Shown here piece by piece: positions 55,572 through 64,000 of a stretch of 64,000 nt of DNA. The stretch covers positions 1,736,001 to 1,800,000 of the forward strand of contig OZ176058.1 of assembly GCA_964247055.1 (NCBI GenBank), written 5' to 3'. The stretch's first letter is position 1, and each line of letters opens with the position of its first letter. The position numbers and the translations under genes are program-made. Under the pieces are notes generated by a model. The model was given only the letters and a program-made list of their open reading frames with translations, did not search any database and was not told the DNA's origin. Origin of the DNA: Paragordius varius. Its lineage: Eukaryota > Animalia > Nematomorpha.

Positions 55572-56763
55572 GTAATATGTTGTGTGTTAGTAAGTATGTA
55601 TTATGTTTAAAATAATCGGATATTGAACAAAGACAACCTTTTTTCAAGCCTAAGCAACATTTTTTTATCCGCCACATTTTTTTAAGCAAACGCGACATTT
55701 TTCATTCAAACGCAACATTTTTTCATCCAAATGCAACTTTTTTTAAGCAAAAACTACTAAAAAAAATGTTACTTTAGACTGAAAAGTGGTTTGTATGTTT
55801 TTTGAAGAAATTTTAGATTTTAGAATTTTTGGGCTTTTTTGATAATTTTATTTTTGATAATTTAAGAAGTTTTTTGGTATTTTTAGGTTATTGAAATAGT
55901 GTTTATTTTTTGTAAATTCTTAGATTTTTAATAATTATATGTGAATTTCATAGGGTGGTATTTTTAATAATTTTTTGAGAAAATATAATTTTTTCTTCAA
56001 TAAAATTTTTGGGATTTTTTCGTTAAATTACTATGTGGAGCTCATTAAGTAAAATTTAATTTTCTCGGGATGTCGTAGGAAAGATTACCTTCAATTATCA
56101 AAATATATTAAATGTTTGAGAATGTTTTCGAACTTTTTAAACTGTTTTTTCTGAAATAATGGTTTTTTTGGCATTTTTGTTGATAATTGCTTCGTTCTCT
56201 GGAAGTTTCTTGAAGTTTTAAAAAATTCGTATTAATAACTTATTATGAAATAATTATTAAATTATCAAGGTTTGATGTAAATATAAGTAAGTTTTTTAAA
56301 ATATCAATCTTTTTTATATCATTATTTAGTCAATGTATTCTGTCATATATAACAGACTGAGTATAAGTTAAAAAACATAACATAAATATATTATAACCTT
56401 TGATTTATGAATATGGGGGATCAAATGAAAAATTTAAAAAAATTTTAATGTCGAAATATATTGGATGTAAGCGCATGCGCACAATCGTATCGTCTGCTTG
56501 AAACAGTTCAATAAATAATTTATTGTCCGTTAATCTAATTTCCATTTACTCATACTTTGCTATTTATATAAAAATCAATACATACTTCAGCCTAACTAGA
56601 AAAACTATATTATAATTTCGTTTCGAAAAGCCATCTTTACTAAACTAAGTATGTTTCTCTTTGTTCTTTAAACCAGTCCAAAACTGGCTTCGCAGACCGC
56701 ATTTTCGACTCAAAGAATCCGGCGAGCGGCATTTCAAATATATATATGTGGGATTCATAAATA

Positions 56764-56972
56764 CAATATGAGTAAATATATATTGCTAGAAAGTTATTAA
56801 TTATTGCCGCCAAATAGCATATGCAGCAAAGAGAATAATTATTGGCTAATGATAGTAATAAAAATTGAAATAAATAACTATAAGCCAATAATAATCTACT
56901 GCCTGCCCTTTGTTGATTCTGCTGTTTGGCTATAATATAACTTTCTAGCAATGTATACTCTTATTCATACTG
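56764..56972. mobile_element. MITE family C copy in RanBPM intron 1
   Basis: TA|CAATATGAGTAAATATATATTGCTAGAAAG...CTTTCTAGCAATGTATACTCTTATTCATACTG. Confidence 0.8.
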
Positions 56973-57522
56973 TTTTAATATACGTGTGCAGCCCGCAAAC
57001 ATTTAAAAATCGATAATTTTCAAAAATATGCTTATAAATGCGGTTGAAATATAATAATTTCCCCATATGAATGTTCAATTATATATTTCGAACGCTGCCC
57101 GCGAAGCCATTTGTGTTAAACACTCGTGTATTATATCATGTGGTCGAAAGATCATGAATAACTTTTGAAATATAAGCACGACAACCAATTTTTTACTCTG
57201 CATATATAAACCAAAATTAACGTAATATTGACAATTTTTTTTAATAAGGATGCAGGTAACGTACACTTTTTGGATTACACTTCACAAAATAGGAAATAGA
57301 GATGTATATATATAACTTAACCAATTATGTTTTTCAATTTGTAGTTAAATAATTTATATATGGAAAATTTAGGTGGTTGTCTTTAAAAAAATATTTAGGC
57401 GTATATGATATCAATTTAAACGTCGTATAATTTAATTTTTACTGTGGAAAATACTAAAAAGGTATTTTAAATTTGACACTTGTTTTTTGATAAGTTTTAC
57501 TTATATTTTATCTTTTATTTAG

Positions 57523-57687
57523 GTATTGGAAAAACGCATAAAGATGCAGCTAGTATACGGACACCCTACCCTATACCCGCCACGTGTGGACTTTACTATT
57601 ACGAGGTGCGAATCGTTAGTAAAGGTCGCGATGGATATATGGGGATTGGATTCTCTTCCCAAGCCGTTAGTATGAATCGATTACCAG
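57523..57687 (+). CDS. RanBPM: RanBPM SPRY exon 2
   Basis: TTTAG|GT acceptor; [55 protein letters not shown]; CCAG|GTTTTT donor. Confidence 0.92.
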
Positions 57688-59800
57688 GTTTTTTAGGAAT
57701 TTGGAAGATTTTAAGAAATTTTGTTTTAAAGTTTTAGAAATTTTTTAGTTTTTTAATTTTAAGAGTTTTTAAAGTTTTCAAAGTCTTATAAGGTTTAAAA
57801 AATGGAAAAAAATGATAAGTTTAATCAAGAGTTTTGGGGTTTGAAAGTTAAAATTAGTTTGAGATTTTTGACATTTTAGTTTTGAAGTTTGAAAAATTGA
57901 AAAAAAAGTTATTGGTTTCTCTTCCCAAGCCGTTAGTATGAATCGGTTACCAGGTTTTTGCGATTTGGAAGATTTTGAGATGAAAGTTTAATAAAAAGTT
58001 TTAGTAGAAAAGTTTGAAAGTTTTAGTTTTAGATTTAGAGTTTTAGAGGTTAGGTTTTCAAAAGTAAGAGTCTTATAAGGTTTAAAAATTTTCTTTTTTT
58101 AGGTTTTATGGGTTTTCTTTTAAAGCTTTTAATATGAATAGATTACCATTTTTTTGAGATTTTAAGAATTTGAAAAAGTTTGTTTTTAAAGTTTAATTAA
58201 AAAAGTTGATGTTTAAAAAGTTTTAGTTTGAGATTTAAGTTTAAAAGTTTTAGTTTAAGATATATGGGAATTGATTTCTCTTCCCAAGCCGTTAGTATGA
58301 ATCGGTTACCAGGTTTTTGAATTTTGAATTTTAAGATTTTTAAGATTATGAGAGAAAGTTTTAGTTTTAAAGTTTTTTAGTTTTAAGAGTTTTTAAAGTT
58401 TTAAAATAAAAAAAGTTTAATTTGAGATTTTAGAAAATTTAAAAATATGGTTTCTCTTCCCAAGCCGTTAGTATGAATCGGTTACCAGGTTTTAGGAATT
58501 TGGAAGATTTTGAGATGAAAGTTTAATAAAAAGTTTTAGCAGAAAAGTTTGAAAGTTTTGAGATTTAAGTTGTATTAAAAGTTTGTAAAGTAAGATTGAT
58601 GAATTCGAAATTTTTATAATTTTAGGGAAAGTTTTAGTGGAAAAAGTTTAATTGACAGTTTTTAAAAGTTTTTAAAAGTTTTTACACGTCTTAAATGTCT
58701 TATAAGGTTTAAAAAATGGAAAAGTTTTTACTTTTTTGAGTTTAAAATAAGTTTTTTTTAAATACTTTTATATCCTCTCTTCCCATTATGAATCAGCTTC
58801 CAATGAACTTTTTTAGCTTTTTGAATTTTTTTAAAGGTTTATTTAAAGTTTAAAATAAAAATTTTAAAGTTTAGGTTTTTAAACAAAATTTAGATAAGTT
58901 TTTTTTTAAATTTTTATAAGTTCTCTTCCCAAGCCGTTAGTATGAATCGGTTACCAGGTTTTTGAATTTTGAATTTTAAGATTTTTAAGATTATGAGAGA
59001 AAGTTTTAGTTTTAAGAGTTTTTAAAGTTTTAGTTTTAAGTTTAATAGTTAAATTAAGAGTTTTTAATGTTTGAGAAATTAAAAAAAAGTTTTTAAGTTA
59101 TATTTAAGTTCAAAAGTTTTAAACAGTTTATTATTTTAAGAAGGATTTTTAGTTGTAAAGTTTAGGTTTTAAAAGTCATAAGAATCTTATAAGGTTTTAA
59201 TAAGTTTTTATTCTTTAAGTTTTTTAGTTTAAAAAAAAAGTTTTTTTTTAAATTTTTATGGGTTATATTCCCATGAATTTTGTAAGGTTTAAAGTTTTTA
59301 AAATAAAAGTTTTAAAGTAGTTTAGGTTTTTTACAAAAAGTTTTAAAATTCATTAAATTTCTATGACATCTCTTCCCAAGCCGTTAGTATGAATCGATTA
59401 CCAGGTTTTTGAATTTGAAAGATTTTTGGAATTTTAGGCAAATTTTTAGAAAATTTTAGTGAAAAATTTTATTTTTAAAAGTTTTTAAGTATAAGAAGAA
59501 AAGTTTTAAATTTTTATGGGGTTTACTTTCAAGCTTTTTAATATGAATTGATTACCAGGTTTTTTTTGATTTTACAAAATTTTAGTGATTTTTTTTTGAG
59601 ATTTTTGACATTTAAGTTTAGAAAGTTTTAGTTTTAAAGTTTTATTAAATGTTTTTAAAGTTTATAATATAAAAAAAATGAAAAAGTTTTTATGTTTAAG
59701 AAAAGTTTTTTTTTTAATTTTTATGGATTTTCTTCTCAAGCCGTTAGTATGAATTGGTTACCAGGTTTTTTTAAGATTTTAGAAATTGTTTTTTATTTTG
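57688..59800 (+). repeat. Tandem array of the RanBPM exon 2 3' end plus donor
   Basis: TTCTCTTCCCAAGCCGTTAGTATGAATCGGTTACCAG|GTTTT at about 57917, 58275, 58451, 58922, 59389, 59730, plus 3-4 decayed copies. Confidence 0.95.
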
Positions 59801-61768
59801 AGAAAATTTCAGTGGCAAAAAAACCTATTTTTGACAAAAAAGAGTTAACAACGAATTTATTTTATTTGAAACTTTCAAAATCTTTTAAAACATTTTCTAA
59901 AAAACAATTTTTAGATTAAACACAGTTACGGTTACCATGGCGACACTCTTTCTTTGTGTTTCAGTATAATGATAAAAAGCTTTTTTTGACAAAACAAGAG
60001 TTAACGAAAGTATTTCATTTGAAACTTTCAAAATCTTTTAAAACATTTTCTAAAAAACAATTTTTTAAACACAGCTACGGTTACCATGGCGACACTCTGT
60101 GTTTCTGTTTCAGTATAATGATAAAAAGCTTTTTTTGACAAAAATGAGTTATTGAATGGAAAAAAATGAAATTTAAAACTTTCAAAACATTTAATCTTTT
60201 AAAACTTTTCCAAAAAACAATTTTTAGGTTTAAACACAGTTACGGTTACCATGGCAACGACGGAGGGTCCTTTTGATGTTAAACAAAGATAAAACCTATT
60301 TTTAAAATGAAATATCGAATAAAACAAAATGAAATTTAAAACTAAAACATTAAAATCATTTAAAACATTTTCTAAAAAACAGTTTTTAGGTTTAAACACA
60401 GTTACGGTTACTATGGCCATACTCTGTGTTTCTGTTTCAGTATAATGATTAAAAGCTTTTTTTGACAAAAATGAGTTATTGAATGGAAAAAAATGAAATT
60501 TAAAACTTTTAAAACATTTAATCTTTTAAAACTTTTCCAAAAAAGCCAATTTTTAGGTTTAACACAGTTACGATTACCATGGCAACGACGGAGGGTCCTT
60601 TCAATATAATGGTTAAAACCTATTTTTTTAGAAAAAATGAAATATCGAATAAAACAAAATGAAATTTAAATAAAATCATTTGAAACTTTTTTTCAAAAAA
60701 TATTTAAATAATATAGTACGGTTACCATGGCGACACTCTGTCTTTGTGTTTCAGTATAGTGATAAAAACCTGTTTTTTGAAAAATTGAAATATCGAATTG
60801 AACAAAATGGAATTTAAAATTTTCAAAACTTCAAAATCTTTTAAAACATTTTCTAAAAAACAATTTTTCAAACACAGCTACGGTTACCATGGCGACACTC
60901 TGTGTTTCTATTTCAGTATAATGACAAAAACCAGTTTTTTGAAAAAATGAAACATCGAATTGAACAAAATGAAATTTAAAGCTATAAAGACTTTTGCAAC
61001 TTTTTTTTCTAAAAACAACATTTTTCTAGGTTGGGATAAACACAGTTACGGTTACCATGGCGACACTCTGTGTTTCTGTTTTAGTATAATGTTAAAACCT
61101 CTTTTTGAAAAAAAGCTTTTTTTAAAACTTTCAAAATCTTTTAAAATCTTTGAAACTCTCTAAAACAACTTTTTCAGGTTGGGATAAACATAGTTACGGT
61201 TACCATGGCGACACTCTGTGTATAATGTTAAAAACCTGTTTTTGAAAAAATGAAATTTTCAAATTAAAGTTATGAAAATCATTTAAAACTTTTTGAAAAC
61301 ACTTTTCTAGGTTGGGATAAACATAGTTACGGTTACCATGGCGACGACGGAGGGTTCTAATATGACGACCTATTTTTTTTGTTAAAAACTACTTTCTTAC
61401 AAAAAAGGAATTTTGCAATATTACCTACCATAATTAAAATTTCAAAACTTAAAATCTTTTAAAACTTTTTGCAAAAACAACTTTTCTAGGTTGGGATAAA
61501 CATAGTTACGGTTACCATGGCGACACTCTGTCTTACCTATTTGAAAAAATGAAATATTGTATTGAACAAAATGAAATATCGAATTGAACAAAATGAAATT
61601 ATAAAACTTTAAAAAGACTTTTAAAACTTTTTGAAACTTTTTGTAGGTTGGGATAAACATAGTTACGGTTACCATGGCGACACTCTGTCTAATAAAATAT
61701 CGAATTGAACAAAATGAAATTTAAAACTTTAAAAAGACTTTTAAAACTTTTTGAAAACACTTTTCTAG
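59800..61768 (+). repeat. Tandem array of the RanBPM exon 3 acceptor plus 5' end
   Basis: Twelve copies of (TTCTAG|GTTGGGAT)AAACA(C/T)AGTTACGGTTACCATGGCGAC before the real exon. Confidence 0.95.
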
Positions 61769-61936
61769 GTTGGGATAAACATAGTTACGGTTACCATGGC
61801 GACGACGGGCGTTCCTTCTGTTGTTCTGGGACGGGTCAGCCCTATGGTCCAACTTTTACCACGGGGGATATCATTGGGTGTGGAATTAATACAGCTGAAA
61901 ACTATTGTTTTTACACGAAGAATGGCGTGGATTTGG
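61769..61936 (+). CDS. RanBPM: RanBPM SPRY exon 3 (gene continues beyond the window)
   Basis: TTCTAG|GT acceptor; [56 protein letters not shown]; G|GTTAGT donor. Confidence 0.92.
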
Positions 61937-63221
61937 GTTAGTTTAAAAATTAATTATTTTAATTTAATTTTATTTATTTTAAATTAAAATATTATTTAAA
62001 ATTAATATATATTTGATAGTTTCTATATATATAATTTTTTTGTAAAGTATTGTTTTTGAATTGACACGGCTGACAATTATTGTTTTTACACGAAGAATGG
62101 CGTAGATTTGGGTTAGTTTTAAGAATTAAAATTAATTTTTTTTTAATTTTAAAATTTTTATAAAATTTAGATATTATTTAAAATGAATATATATTTGATA
62201 GTTTCTCTATATATAATTTTTTTGAAAAGTATTGTTTTTGAATTAACACGGCTGACAATTATTGTTTTTACACGAAGAATGGCGTAGATTTGGGTTAGTT
62301 TTTGAGATTTTAAAATTAATTTTTTTTAATTTTAATTTTTTTTTGAGAAAATTAATATATTATTTAAAATTTATATATATATATATATTTGATAGTTCCT
62401 ATATATATAATTTTTTTGAAAACTAATTGTTTTTGAATTAACACGGCTGACAACTATTGTTTTTACACGAAGAATGGCGTAGATTTGGGTTAGTTTTAAG
62501 AATTAAAATTAATTTTTTTTTAATTTTAAAATTTTTATAAAATTTAGATATTATTTAAAATTTTAGTTTTTATTTGAAGTTTTTTTGATTGATTCATGTA
62601 TTTATTTTTTTTAATTCAATTTCATGATTTTGGCGAGTGTAAAAAGATTTTTATATTGATATTTTATAAGTTTTTAATAAATTATAAAAAAAATTTAAAA
62701 AATCGCCATTTTTTGCTATATATAGTTCAAAAAATATCGTGGATTTTGGGTGACATTATTAGAAATTTTTTTTTGAGAACAGTAAAATATAAATAATTTT
62801 TTAATATTAATGATTTATTTTCAATGATTCATATATTTATTTCAACATCATTTTTAATATTTTCAGAGTTTTTTTATTATAATTTTTAAAAAACTGGCCG
62901 ATTTTAGCTGTATTTTTGGAAACAAGGCTTAATATTATTTGTTATAGTCTAAGAATGTTGGGTTTTGTAGATTAATTTTGATTTTTTTGAAAATTTTCAG
63001 AAAATAAATTATTTTTTTGGAATTTGTTATAAATTATTGTTTAAAATTGAAATATTTTCCTAAATACAAAATTAAAAATACAGCTAAAAACTATTGTTTT
63101 TAGCACTATGAATGGCGTGGATTTGGGTTAGTTAAAAATTAATTAATTTTTTATGAAAATTTTCTAAATTTTATTTTGAGAACATTAAAATATTATTTAA
63201 AATTATTATTTATTTGATAGT

Positions 63222-63267
<46 letters not shown>

Positions 63268-64000
63268 TTGAAAAGTATTGTTTTTGGATTAAAATACGGC
63301 TGATAATTATTTTTTTTATGCGAAGAATGGTGTGGATTTGGGTTATTATTTGAAATTTTTTTATGTTTAATTTTTAGATATTCTTAAAAAATATAAAAAT
63401 ATAGTAAATTAAATTTTTTTTTGATAATGTTTTTCGAATTTGCGGTTGTTAAAATTTGTAATCAATAAATATTTATTTTATTAATATTTTCTGAGAACGA
63501 ATTTTTATGTTAAAATAATAATTTGATTTATAAAAGGTAGTACAATGGATTAACTAAAAAAAATTATAATAAGATGTAAATTAAACAAAATTTGAAAAAA
63601 TATAAATATAAATTATGATAACAAAAAAATTGCAAAGTGTGCAATGTTCGAAAATTTTGGATATAGTATAAATTAATAAATTTTACGAGAATTCATCAAA
63701 TTATTATTTAACAATATTTATTTTAATAATTTCTTAGTTAAGAATTTTTTGAAACTATAGTTTTTACACGAAGAATGGATTTGAATTATATTTTTGAGAT
63801 TTTTTATTTAATTGATTTTTGACTCTGCAAAAATTGTATTTTGATTGAGTTTTTAACAAATTATAAAAAAAATTGAAAAATGGTCTTTATATATATATAT
63901 ATAATATATTTGAAAACACAGGTGATAGATTTTTTTACAAGAATGGCGTGGATTTGGGTTAATTTTATGAATTAAAATTAATTTTTTTTTTTAATTTTAA
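61937..64000 (+). repeat. Tandem array of the RanBPM exon 3 3' end plus donor
   Basis: ACACGGCTGACAATTATTGTTTTTACACGAAGAATGGCGTAGATTTGG|GTTAGT-like copies at about 62065, 62245, 62440, 63080, 63295, 63760 (decayed), 63935. Confidence 0.95.

Noticed and set aside
56640-56735. GC-rich patch as a coding exon (MPLAGFFESKMRSAKPVLDWFKEQ) or tRNA-derived SINE
   Set aside because: No recognisable homology or splice sites; a B-box-like TTCGACTC is present but there is no A-box or cloverleaf.
3101-62796. Most short track ORFs (e.g. 3101, 5819, 9818, 24373, 35044, 36709, 59692-61675, 62596)
   Set aside because: They lie within MITEs, satellites or echo arrays and are F/L/K/I/N-rich chance frames. The [10 protein letters not shown] and SQAVSMN peptides in them are echo copies, not separate genes.

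Overview
Extremely AT-rich, intron-containing eukaryotic DNA, probably metazoan judging by the animal-like RanBPM protein. I assembled four coding units by hand from GT-AG exons with consistent phases. (1) A HAUS4/augmin-like gene on + (<27-9474) with a second intact copy of its last exon at 12610-12815. (2) A complete 229-aa signal peptide-CUB-like-LDLa-TM (LDLRAD2-like) gene on - (26964-14876). (3) The C-terminal CRA-region exons of a RanBP9/10 (RanBPM) protein on - (49452-41053). (4) The N-terminal SPRY exons of a RanBP9/10 protein on + (55256-61936, continuing past the window). The rest is several Tc1/mariner-like MITE families, a satellite built from a MITE end, a decayed LINE fragment and TA microsatellites. 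Two features stand out. First, the two halves of RanBPM sit head-to-head on opposite strands, which could reflect eri-6/7-like trans-splicing, an inversion, a partial duplicate or misassembly. Second, long introns are largely filled with tandem 'echo' copies of the neighbouring exon/intron junction, seen in all four coding units. All homology calls are from remembered family motifs, with no database search, and repeat coordinates and copy numbers are approximate counts by eye.
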